A stretch of DNA of 64,000 bases from Vicugna vicugna (Eukaryota), in assembly GCA_013265495.1 (NCBI GenBank), contig MU058226.1:830741-894740 (forward strand), given 5' to 3'. The translations under genes were made by a program, and so were the position numbers. Positions 1 to 10,429 of the stretch are shown here, piece after piece. The number at the start of each line of letters is the position of its first letter. The first letter of the stretch is position 1. The notes beneath the pieces are model-generated. The model did not search any database, was not told where the DNA came from, and was given only the letters and a program-made list of their open reading frames with translations.

Positions 1-2194
1 CATTTCTGTTGAAATAAAGTGTGCCTTTCTGGTAGCGGATTGTTCTGAATACCAAAAGTAGGTATTCTGATTGTTCTGAATACCTTAAGTAACTAGGTAA
101 CTAGGTTATATGAGCCCTGAGGGTGGCTCACCTGCCCAGAACTTTGGGACCCTCTGTTTCTTTCCTGAGCTGGGGAACCCTGGCTCTCAAGCAACCTCAT
201 CACTCAGGCTGCCAGGGTCAACACCAGTCACTGTGTTTGGGAGATGCAAACCCACGTAGTCAGGTCTGCAGTGGAGAAGATCATCAGTGCAAAGGGATGC
301 ATGTTATTTTCAGCCTCCCCTTGGGAGCAATCCCTTTCCATGAGTGGGATTTCCAACCCGGGGAAACAACTGACCAATAGTCTGGAAAGAGAAACTGTCA
401 TAAAAGGGCCAGGGCTGCCCAGAGCCGGGATGACGGTAGCATGAGGCTCAGACACTTGAGGGAATACGTGAGGTGATGGAGAGAGAACATGAGGGAAAGC
501 AGGGCCACCATCCAGCCAGGCCCAGCTTCCTTTTTCATGAGCTCATGGTCAAAGCCAGGCCAGACCAGGAGGGTGCCAGCGATTGAGTGAGCTTGTTTTT
601 TCCCTAACTTGGTTCTGAGTCACACAGGGCATCTATCCTTCCCAGAAAACCGCCTCAGGGCTCACCCCCTGGCAGCCGGTCAAGCTCCAGTCTTAACACG
701 CGATCCCCACTCTGCAGGCTGGGAGTTGGAAGCAGGCCAGCCCAGAGCACCGGCCCTGCCCCTCGGCCTCGCTGGGAGGGACCTGGGCCCCTCCTAACCT
801 TCAAAGAAAAGTGCCTATGGCCTCAGCTTTGGAAATAGGAAAGAGGCACGTCTTACTTTTGAACACACAGGGGACGCTACTGAATCACAGAGCTCCAGGG
901 GAGGGAGGCTTATTCAAGAGCCTTTAATCTATGCCCTAGACTTTACAGATCTACTCATTCATAAATGCAGGGTGTCTGAAAAGGCAGGACAAAAGGGGAA
1001 ATACTTTATTTGTTGTACTTCCTGCTTCCCCTCCCCCATGATTCTGCTTTGAATTAAATCTCAATCATATTCTCCAGTGCTGATTGTTGGAGCTGTCTAC
1101 AGAGAGTTTCCCACATGAACAACTCTAATGTTAATTGAAGAGCCCTATGTTTCTAGTCTTTTCAGGCAGCCTGAATTGATCTAGACAAGGAAAACTGAAC
1201 AATGAGCAAGGTGGATAGAGTCCTGCCCTCAAGGAGTTATAATCTGATGGGAAGGAAACTGGCCAGAGGAAGGAGCCACTACACTGGGGTCCTAGGAAGC
1301 CAGTTTTGGCACAAGGACAGGGATTCTGGGACCTTTTCCCAGCTCCCTGCTCTCAGCAGCCTCCTGGGAAGTTAGACTGAACTGGGCTGAGCTGAGCTGA
1401 GCTACATCCAGGACAGGGGTTAACCATGTTCTTTTGTGACCTTGCTTTGGGGCTCCAGGCACCCTTGCCATAATTTTGCGTCAGGGAAAATGGCCAGAAC
1501 CTGATCTTGGCCGTCCTCAGGCCCAAATGAAAGTATTTGGGGGTCATTTATTAATTTGCTATTAAGAACTCACCACCACCATCCCGCCCCCACGCCCCAC
1601 CATGCTTCTGGCAAGAATTGTTCTGGCTAGAATGTGTGTGTATGGGGGTCAGAGGAAGGATATTGAAAATCATTAGCATTGGTTGAACAAAAACTAGGAA
1701 TGCAGAAGTCTCTGCTTCTTTGGGGAAAAGAAAAAGCCACGAAACCTGCCTGAACTGGAGAAGGAGGGAAGGGAGGATGAAAAGAGAAAGAGAAATTGTG
1801 TCTCCTGATGATCTTAGCATGTGGAGGCTGTTTCCTCATCCTGGTCGCCGACTCCCGGGTCAGTTCACTGCTGCCCACATCTGCTCCAAAGCAGCCCCTC
1901 TTCCCAGAATCGTAATAATGGCCACCGAAGAAAAGGCACCTACTTTGTGTCTATTCATATTCTTAATCTTTGCAAAGACCTTAAGGCCAATTGGCCCCCA
2001 TTTCAATTAAGGAAATGTTTTCAGAGAAGTTAAGTAGCTGGCCCAATACCTTGTAGTTGATAAGTAACAGAGCTGGGACTTAAACCTACTTTCCTCTAAA
2101 ATCTGTGAAATAAAATTCATAGTTTGAGGCAAGACAAGAAAAAATTAAAAATAAAAATTTTTTGTCTACCCTTTGGCTTCCTCTCTTTCAACAC

Positions 2195-2528
2195 TGTGCA
2201 ATGGATATCTGCCTTATGCATAGACCAAACCTGCCCCATCGGCAAGAACACCTGGTCAAACAACAAGACAACGCCTCAGAAGATAACATTCCTTCCTGGT
2301 CTTGTGAAGGGTCACATGATGACACTTAGATCTGGACTGTGTAAACTGTCAGTAATACATCATTTGATGTACAGCCTTCTGTCTCAAAAAACTTCTACAA
2401 ATGTGCTCCTGGGTTCAACAGTTCTCAGAGCTTTCTGAGGTGCTTTTCCCGGGTTATAATCCTCAAATTTGGCTCGAATAAAATTTTCCATTTCTTTCTT
2501 AGATTGACAGGTTAATTTTTTGTCAACA
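2195..2528 (+). mobile_element. Solo LTR, probably ERV1 class
   Basis: TG...CA termini, internal AATAAA near 2477, LTR-like R/U5 end, ACAC next to both termini. Family not identified. Confidence 0.55.
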
Positions 2529-3069
2529 CACCACTAGATGATCATACACTCTTTTTGCCACCCCACGTTTCCTTTTGACCTCAACCCATCTCAACCAATA
2601 GTCATTGAGCATCTACTAATTGCCAGGTTCAGCTAAGAGCTTTCAGTTTTCATCCCTGACCCCAAGAACCAGGCTCCATCCCTCTGTCTCTGCTTCCCTT
2701 TCACAGAAACGCCCACTCCCAAATATCTGTCTCCCTCTCTCCTGCCCATTCTGGCTCCTTCCCATGACCTTTGTCCCCTGTTCTAGCCTGTGACTAGCAA
2801 TACAGCAGTATTTCAGGTGGGGTGGTGGGCATGACTCACTCTTATGTCACTTATGAAGGGTGAGGGCCAAGGCTTTGCCATCTGCCACCTGGACAGGTAC
2901 TCCTGATTCAATGGCAGATCACCCTGACCCACAGCTGAGCATCCCCCAATATCCTCTCTGAAGAGGAAGTGTAGGGGCCTCTGAAGAGTCAAAGAGACAC
3001 AGCTGGATAAACAGACGCCTCTGGGGTTGAGGGGTAGCTCCTCAGAGGAGGTGGCTTTAAGAATATTCA

Positions 3070-3780
3070 TTAAGGGACACTTGTATACAGTTGGTGGGAA
3101 TGTAAACTGGAGCAGCCACTGTGGAAAACAGTATGGAGGTTCCTCAAAGCCTGAAACTAGAGCTACCATATGATTCAGCAATTCCACTCCTAGGTATATA
3201 TCCAAATAAAACAAAAACACCAATTTGAAAAGATATATGTACCTCAGTGATCATAGCAGCATTATTTCCAATTGCCAAGATATGGAAGCAACCTAAGTGT
3301 CAACAGATGAATGGATAAAGAAGATGTGATATGTATACTCAGTCATAAAAAAGAATGAAATTTTGCCATTTGCAACAATGTGGATGGATCTAGAGAGTAT
3401 CATGCTTAGTGAAATCTCAGACAGAAAGACAAGTACTCTATATTATCACTTATATGCAAAACCTAAAAAATTAAATATATATGTATATAATAATATATAT
3501 AACAAAACAGAAACAGACTCACAGACATAGAGACCAAACTAGTGGTTACCAGAGGGGAGAGGCAAAGGGGAAGGGGCACGACAGGGGTATGGGATTAAGA
3601 GATACAGGTTACTACGTGTACAATAGTTAAGTGACAAGGGTATATTACATAGCACAGGGACATACAGCCATTATTTGTAATAATTTTAAATGGATTATAA
3701 CCTATTAAATTGTTGAATCACTATGTTGTATACTGGAAACTTATACAATACTGTAAATAAACTATACTTCATTTTAAAAA
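3070..3780 (+). mobile_element. L1 3' fragment (ORF2 end plus 3' UTR, L1MA-like)
   Basis: GTTGGTGGGAATGTAAACTGG...GGAAAACAGTATGGAGGTTCCTCAA...CAGCAATTCCACTCCTAGGTATATA...GATGAATGGATAAAGAAGATG; ends ACTATACTTCATTTTAAAAA. Confidence 0.9.
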
Positions 3781-5055
3781 TATTTATTTATTAAAGCCCC
3801 TACTAGGTCAAAGGCCAAGGACTAGAGAAACCACAGAGATACCACGAGGACAAGGGCGGATGTGGTCTTGTATACACGTGGAGATGATATTCCAATGGGG
3901 GACACACACAACATCAAAAAGTAAACAAATGCATAAAATGGTTTCTTACTGTGGTGAGCCTTAGGAAGAAAACAAACAAGGGGCTAAGAGAAAGATTAGT
4001 AGGAGGTCAGAACACAGGTCAAGGAAGGGAATGAAGGAAACATGGTGATCTCGGGCAGATGGGGAGGAAATGAGGGCTGGAACGGGAAAGCGGCAAAAGT
4101 CTTTCCCCAGGATTAGGGCAGTGAGAACCGGTGCAGCTGTTGGTCCCACCCGCTGGCCCTTTCTGGCCTTAAGTCACTCCTCATCCCTCACCCCCGCACC
4201 CTTTCATTGGCTTAATGATTCACTCTCAACTTTCCCCAGTTTCCTGTGTGGCAGGGAGGGGCAGAGCCTTGGCGCTCCGAGGGTCCCAGGAATGGGAGTG
4301 GGATTGGTTGAGAAGGAATGGTGAGCCATCTGGGCTCTCTGCTTCTTCTCTTGGTCCCACTCTGGCCTTGTCACAAATAAAGTTCTCTCTGTGCCAGCAG
4401 GACAGTGAGGATAACTAGGTCCAGCTGGAAGCCAAGCTCCAGATGTGGGAGGTAGTGCGAAATGGGAGCCTGACACCCCCTTCATTTCCCCTCCCCTGCC
4501 TAATGCCCTGGAGAAATTTTCCATCATAAACAAGTTATGCAGTGCTGACCTTGGGTGCCTTGCCCCCTCTCCCACCAAGCAATTTTCTTCCATCTTCACT
4601 ATCTTCCCCCATCACCAGTTTATGTCTGTGTGAGCCTGTGGGCCTGTCCACACATGTAAATCGACCCGTATTTATGTTGATCGCTGTGTGGTGTGCAGGT
4701 GGCCTTGGCTTAAGGGTGGAGGTAAGTGTGTAGTCTTACTGGGCTTGGGTGTAAAAGGCAGGTGTGGGAGAGGACTGTGCCTTTGTTTGTAAAGGAGATG
4801 TGTTTTATGCCTCATCAGGAAGAAGTGTGTAATGCTGAAAGATTCTCAAGCGTTTAGACAGGAGTAGTGGGTGTAAAATGAAGCAACATATAAGTCCAGG
4901 AAGCAATAGTGTATATAGTATTTATGACGATAATATGTCTCTTTATAACCCAGTTGTGGGCTGTCTCCTTATGTACATGTCCACACATCCTTGGTTGAGA
5001 AATGCCTTCAAGGGTTCCTTGTTTGGTGTCTGTGTGAGACTTGTCCCATTTTCTC

Positions 5056-5182
5056 TTTTTTGGGGGGGGGTGTTAATTAAGTTTATTTATTTATTTATTT
5101 TTAATGGAGGGACTGGAGATTGAACCCAGGACCTCGTGCATGCTAAGCATACGCTCTACCACTTCAGCTATAACCTACCCCC
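5056..5182 (-). mobile_element. tRNA-Ala-derived SINE (camelid Vic-1-like)
   Basis: Minus strand: ...TATAGCTGAAGTGGTAGAGCGTATGCTTAGCATGCACGAGGTCCTGGGTTCAATCTCCAG... with A/B boxes and a (TAAA)n tail. Confidence 0.85.
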
Positions 5183-5892
5183 TCCTCAGCTTTTCTTATG
5201 ATGTTGTAAATTTGAATGTGTGATTTGAAGGAGTGTATGTATGTCTCAAAAGCTTGGGTTGATCTAGCCAGTGTGTGAAGACTATATGTGCAGTTACCAT
5301 TCTGCATTTTCATCTTTTATCTATCAAGATTATGGAAAAACTCCTACATGCAAGACAGATTGCAAGATTCTACAGAAGACACAAAGACATGTGACAGAGC
5401 CTCTAATGGAAGAGGTCATACATGTGCTCGTCCTGAGCACCAGGCATAAATGTGATCTGGTGCAAGGCTCTGTGCCAGATGCATCCCACATCTAAGGAGT
5501 TAGCTCTGACCCCTCCATCCTCTTGCTGTCAGCAGCCCTCCTCCACACTCCCTGACCCTAATGATATCCATCTTATCACTAAATCCTGGTCATCTTATGC
5601 TACGAATGTTTCTTAGAGACATCCCTTCTCTTGGTTCCCTGTGTCACAGCCCATTTCAGAACCTTGCTTCCTTCTACCAGAACCTCTCTAGTAGTATACT
5701 GTCTCTGCTTCAGTGTCTCCCCATCCAGGGCATATTTTTCATCCCACTCAATTCCCAGCTTTGAACTTGCCCTCCTTTGATGTCACCTTATGACCCACAA
5801 GCTCCCCAGTCTAGAGTCAAACCCAGTCTCCTGGCCTGCCAGCCAAGCTCTCCCCACTGCCCAATTCCTTTCCAGCCATCATCACTTTCCAC

Positions 5893-6390
5893 TGTTGTTG
5901 AACCCCAATTTGCATACCTGATGCACACTGAGGGCAAACTAAAATGTCAGAGTCAAGCAGAGAAAGATTTTTTGCAAGCACCAAGCAAGGAGAAGGGGCA
6001 GTTTGTGCTCAAAACCCCAAACTCCTGATAGGTGATGGGGAAGAGTTTTTAAAGGCAAAATTTGAGGTGAGGGCAGCGGGGTATGTGACTCTCTTCTGAT
6101 TGATTGGTGATGAAGTAACAGGACGGTGTTCCAGAAATCTTGTGCTCAGCATGGAGTTGCCCTCCTCCACCGGTGGGGGCCTTAGTTCCTGCAGAAGAAC
6201 TCAAAGATATTATGTATCTTTCATAAAGGGGAACCAGTCCTTTATCTGCACTATTATTTCTTGGCTGTTCCTCTTTGTTTTTGCATTCTCTTCCTTCCCT
6301 TATTAGTAAGAGTTGGAATCTACTCTGGAACCCAGGGAAAGTCTAGGAGGCTGAAGTCTTTTTCTGAGGGCCCCACAGGGTCCTGATGGG
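5893..6390 (-). mobile_element. ERV1-class LTR fragment (MER41-like)
   Basis: Begins TGTTGTTGAACC; segment GCAGAGAAAGATTT...CCAAGCAAGGAGAA...GCTCAAAACCCCAAACTCC...TTTTAAAGGCAAAATTTG resembles artiodactyl ERV1 LTRs (from recall). Confidence 0.55.
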
Positions 6391-6596
6391 TTTCACCACT
6401 ACTCCTTTACGGGAAACTTACCCTGAGATTGTTTTTCTTGTGATTCCCCAAACACATCCTGTACTTTTCCAGCTCAAGGCCTTTGCTGATTCCATTCTCT
6501 TTCTCAGTCATCTTCCACATCTGACTGTGTGGTATCCCACCCACTATTCAAGGTCATCTCCAATGCCATTCTTCCCTGAAGCCTCGCCTGACTCTT

Positions 6597-6767
6597 TGCT
6601 TGTTTTGTTTGGTTTTCTTTTCTTTTCTTTTTCTTCTTTTTTATGGGGGGGGGGGGATAATTAGGCTTATTCATTGATTTCTGCTTGGAGGAGGTACTGG
6701 GGATTGAACCCAAGACCTCTTGCATTCTGAGCCTGTGCCCTACCACTTGTGCTATACCCTTCCCCCT
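6597..6767 (-). mobile_element. tRNA-Ala-derived SINE (Vic-1-like) with C-run and A-rich tail
   Basis: Minus strand: GGGGAAGGGTATAGCACAAGTGGTAGGG...GGTCTTGGGTTCAATCCCCAGTACCTCC...CCTAATTATCCCCC followed by an A-rich tail. Confidence 0.85.
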
Positions 6768-7251
6768 CATCTGATTGATTAGACAGACAGGAACAGTAGC
6801 TCGACTAGGTCCCCCAACACTTAGTCTTCTGTTTTCTTGGAAACTGTGGTGCCCACTGTTTCTGGCTGGTGGCTCTCAGCAGCATACACACTGAAACCCA
6901 CCTCAGTATTCTCTACGGGACCTTTTAAACAGGGTGCCTTGCCCCGGTGAATGCTCAAAAGTTGTTAAATTCTGTGCCATGAGCAGCTGTTTCTAAGGCA
7001 GTTAGGGAGAGGTGTCAATTTCTCTTGAGTTATTATCATCGCATTTGCCTAATGTCTCATAGTTTAAATGTTCTTTTTGTAAGTTTTGATAGTTGATCCA
7101 GACCATGGGGGACAAAAAGGAGGTGGCTGCTAACTTCTTGCCTTGGTATTTTGTGGTCCTCTGCTCCAGGCATGTATCAACATTTCTGTACATTGCTGGG
7201 TTGCCCCTGTGCCATCTCTGCACCTTTGTTCCGTGTGTGTGAAGTTCATAA

Positions 7252-7691
7252 TGAAGGGGAATATGGCAGAATAGGCCACCCTACAATGTGCACTTTGGCA
7301 TGTGGATTATTTTGAGCTGAAGGCAGTCAAGACCCAGCAGACTCAGGAAAAGCGTTTTACCTCTCCCTGAACTGCCTACATAATTTAAGTAGGGGACCTG
7401 GCCCAGAGAGAGATGCTTGGCAGGGCAACCATTTAATTACCCAACACCTGCTCTTCTCAGCCTTCTGTCAAGTACCCACCTCCCCTTCAAGCTCCAGGCC
7501 CGAGTCTCATTCCTTAGCTCAGGAAGGTATATAAGCGTCAATTGCCAGACCGACTTTGAGTCTTAAGTCTTCATGGGCTCCTGCAAGTCTGCAATTAAAT
7601 GTTTTTTCCAGTTACTCTGTCCTGTATCAATTTAATTATTAGACCAGCCAAAGAAACTAGAATAAAGAAGGGGAAATTTTTCTGCCTCTAC
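7252..7691 (+). mobile_element. MER34-like ERV1 solo LTR
   Basis: TGAAGG...GCCACCC...CACTTTGGCATGTGGATTATTTTGAGCTGAAGGCA start, TATATAA near 7528, ATTAAA near 7594, ends CTACA. Confidence 0.7.
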
Positions 7692-7981
7692 AAGGTGGTG
7701 TGTGTGTGCGTGCGCTAAAGCAGGCAGGGTTCTCTGTGTGCTAGTGTGTTTGTTTCTCTTAGGCTTCATGGCTATTTCTGTAATGACTTCTCTCTTACAC
7801 TGTGTGTTTTCTGTGTCCCTACAAATGTCTGAATGTGTGTGTGTGTGTGACTGGTTCCTGGACTTAGCTGGTCAGTGTTGCACCAGGGTGGCCAGACTTC
7901 CTTCTGTAAGCTGTCCTGCCTCCCAAAGATGGGGCTTGTGGCAGAAACACTTCAAACGGTCTGTGGGCCCCTCTCCAGCTG

Positions 7982-8117
7982 CCACATGTCCCGACATGTG
8001 CCCGCAGCCCGGGATTTCACCCGCCTCCACTCACAACTCACACAACACATACTTGACCGCCTACCGTTGCGCTGGCCAAGTCTCCACCCCCATCTTTGCT
8101 TAATCTTCGGAATTTCC
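7982..8117 (+). promoter_or_regulatory. IER3 proximal promoter: p53-type element, NF-kB sites, C/EBP-like site
   Basis: Two adjacent CATG-core half sites CCACATGTCC CGACATGTGC (7982-8001); GGGATTTCAC (8011-8020); TTTGCTTAAT (8095-8104); CGGAATTTCC (8108-8117). IER3 is an established p53 and NF-kB target. Confidence 0.75.
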
Positions 8118-8243
8118 AGCCGGCCAGCCAACCGCTCCCAGCCGCGGGTGGAGTTGAGAAGGACCCGCCCAGTTCTCGGGGTGCTTAACTAGCTCTGCAG
8201 GGCTGCGGGTCCCCACTCATCCGTGTGCTCAGCTCAGCGCACC

Positions 8244-8807
8244 ATGTGTCACTCTCGCAGCTCCCTCCCGACCATGACCGTCCTGCGGGCCCCGACCCCG
8301 GTCCCCTCCACCAGCCCGGGACCCCGGAGGGGCTCCGGTCCTGAGATCTTCACCTTCGACCCTCTCCCAGAGCCCGCGGTGGCACCCGCTGCGCGCCCCA
8401 GCGCCTCCCGCGGGCACCGAAAGCGCAGCCGTAGGGTCCTGTACCCACGAGTGGTGAGTGTCGCCGAAGTGGACAGCCCGGGGGAAGAGCGGGGTGAACC
8501 ACCGGACGCCTGGGCCCTGACCTGTTCCCTTTGTTGTCCCCCCTCTCAGGTCCGGCGCCAGCTGCCAGTCGAGGATCCGAACCCTGCCAAAAGGCTGCTC
8601 TTTCTCCTGCTCACCATCATCTTCTGCCAGATCCTGACGGCTGAAGAGAGTGTGTCGACACCCCTGGCCCAGGAGGACACCCCCAGCGCCCCGTCTCCCG
8701 CACCCACCGCTGCGCCCCCGGTCGAGCCCCTTAATCTAACCTCGGAGCCCTCAGACTACGCTTTGGACCTCAGCACTTTTCTCCAGCAACACCCGGCCGC
8801 CTTCTAA
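8244..8807 (+). CDS. IER3: Immediate early response 3 (IEX-1), 2 exons, join(8244..8453,8550..8807), 155 aa
   Basis: Translation [19 protein letters not shown]...[12 protein letters not shown]...[41 protein letters not shown]...[24 protein letters not shown] matches IER3. Donor GTGAGT at 8454 and acceptor CTCAG ending 8549. Syntenic with FLOT1. Confidence 0.97.
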   Translation: MCHSRSSLPTMTVLRAPTPVPSTSPGPRRGSGPEIFTFDPLPEPAVAPAARPSASRGHRKRSRRVLYPRVVSVAEVDSPGEERGEPPDAWALTCSLCCPPSQVRRQLPVEDPNPAKRLLFLLLTIIFCQILTAEESVSTPLAQEDTPSAPSPAPTAAPPVEPLNLTSEPSDYALDLSTFLQQHPAAF

Positions 8808-9006
8808 TTGGGGCTCTTCGTACTCCCAAAAGAATTCGAAGAACCAAAGAAACACTGGGTGTACCTGGTGCGCGAGAGCGTATCCCAAACTGGGACTCCC
8901 GAGGCAACTCACACTCAGAACACTACAGCGGTGACGCCAGCCCGAGCCTGGGAGAGACAGGCACCGACACGCCAGGGCTAGGCCAGATCGTGAAAGAGCG
9001 TCGTTA

Positions 9007-9151
9007 ATTTATTTCTCATTGCTCCTAATAATATTTATATGTATTTATGTATGTCCCCCAGGTGATGGAGGGGTGTTTGTAATATTTATTTTAACTTATG
9101 CAGGGGTGCGAGATGTGCCCCCTGCTGCAAGTGCAGATCTCTGGGTATTTA
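9007..9151 (+). promoter_or_regulatory. AU-rich elements in the IER3 3' UTR
   Basis: ATTTA pentamers at 9007, 9033, 9043, 9084 and 9147 in AT-rich context within an otherwise GC-rich UTR. Confidence 0.8.
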
Positions 9152-9442
9152 TAGAGTTCTGTGGGATTGGTGGAGGCTGGCCCCAGAACGGAGCGAAGCA
9201 GGGAAGAGGGATGAACAGGACCCGGGTCCGGGAGGGCGCCGGGGCTGGAAGTCAAGAATGGTGGTGGGTGGTGGGTTTAGCGGGTGACACTCGGTCCTCC
9301 AGCATCTCAACTCGCGAGTCTACTGTGCGACGCTTCGGCGGACCGCTGGGAATAAGGTCCTTGGCCTTCGATCTCGGAGTTACCCCCAAGGGGTGGCTGA
9401 GGGATCGGTGGGCTGTCAGGGCGGCTGTGGGGTCGCCCAGTA

Positions 9443-9463
9443 TGTTCTGTGAACACAAATAAA
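9443..9463 (+). terminator. IER3 CDE-type stem-loop followed by poly(A) signal
   Basis: TGTTC-TGT-GAACA hairpin at 9443-9455, then AATAAA at 9458-9463. Confidence 0.8.
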
Positions 9464-9499
9464 CTTGATTAACTGTCAGCAGTTCTGTGAGTCTCTCTT

Positions 9500-10420
9500 T
9501 GCAAGCGGCGATTCCCCACTCCTTGCCTTCAGGCGCCAGGGCCAGGCTGGAGCAGCCGTGACCAAGTCCCCAGCGTGCGCTCCTCCCCTGGCTTGCCAGA
9601 GTCACGGAACCCAGCATCTGGTGACCGGACGCTGTGGTTCGTTGCCCAGTTCGTGGTTTTCCCAGTTCTCGCAGGGCAAATCCAAGATGAGTCGGTCTCC
9701 CTTGCCCCGGGTTGCGCGACACACGGAGGTCACGTCCCGCGCGACTGGGCGGGGCGTGGGACGGCCTGGGCGGAGCTCCCGGTCTGGGAAGGGCGGTGAA
9801 ACGGAGCCCCAGCCCCCACCCTCCCCCTTTCCCCTGTGGGCCCGGCGGGCTGCGGACCAGAGCAGGGCCTGCCGGGAAAGGGGCGGGCCGAGCGCGCGGG
9901 GCCGAGGGGTGGGTTGGTCCGCCGCGGGGGGCGGGGTTGCGTTTGCCGCAGCAACAGGGTGCGGCCCGGTGGGGGGCGCGGGTGCCAGCGCGGGGCCAGC
10001 TTCCAGGAAGGTGGTCCGCGAGCGGCCCCCTGCTCACCTTCCAGGTCCCCCGCGCGTCCCCGGCCCTGCCCAGGACCCCCGCCTGGCCGCCGCCCGCGTC
10101 CGGGAAGGTAGATGGGGGAGGGGAGATGGCTGCGGAGGAGCAGGGAGGGGGACGCAAGGGTCTGGGGGCCTCTAGGGGCCAGAGAGTTTTTATCAGATAA
10201 GGGAGAAACCGTTGTCACTGAAGGCGGGGACGCGGCAAGGGGCAGCGAGGTCTGCGAAATTTCGCCGGGGAAAGCCTTAGCGGATCCATGGGTGCGGAAA
10301 GGACGGGGCCGCGGTGGCTGCAGACTGGGCGGGACTGACGGGAAAAGGAAAGGGTTCATTTCTGTGGACGCTACGGCGCCGCTTTCCGTCCGCAAAGGCT
10401 TTCTCTCTCCTCCAGCTCCA
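9500..10420 (+). promoter_or_regulatory. CpG island / FLOT1 promoter with non-coding exon 1 (probable donor AAG|GTAGAT at 10107/10108)
   Basis: Very GC- and CpG-dense, with multiple GGGCGG boxes. The acceptor TCCAG ending 10415 precedes the ATG exon. Confidence 0.75.
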
Positions 10421-10429
10421 ACCTGAGCC

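Noticed and set aside
1..7250. Possible unannotated gene upstream of IER3
   Set aside because: Only short ORFs, many inside L1, LTR or SINE fragments, and no consistent splice chain. A lncRNA or enhancer cannot be excluded from sequence alone.
8223..8243. GTG-initiated 7-aa N-terminal extension of IER3
   Set aside because: Weak context; the ACCATG at 8244 matches the known N-terminus.
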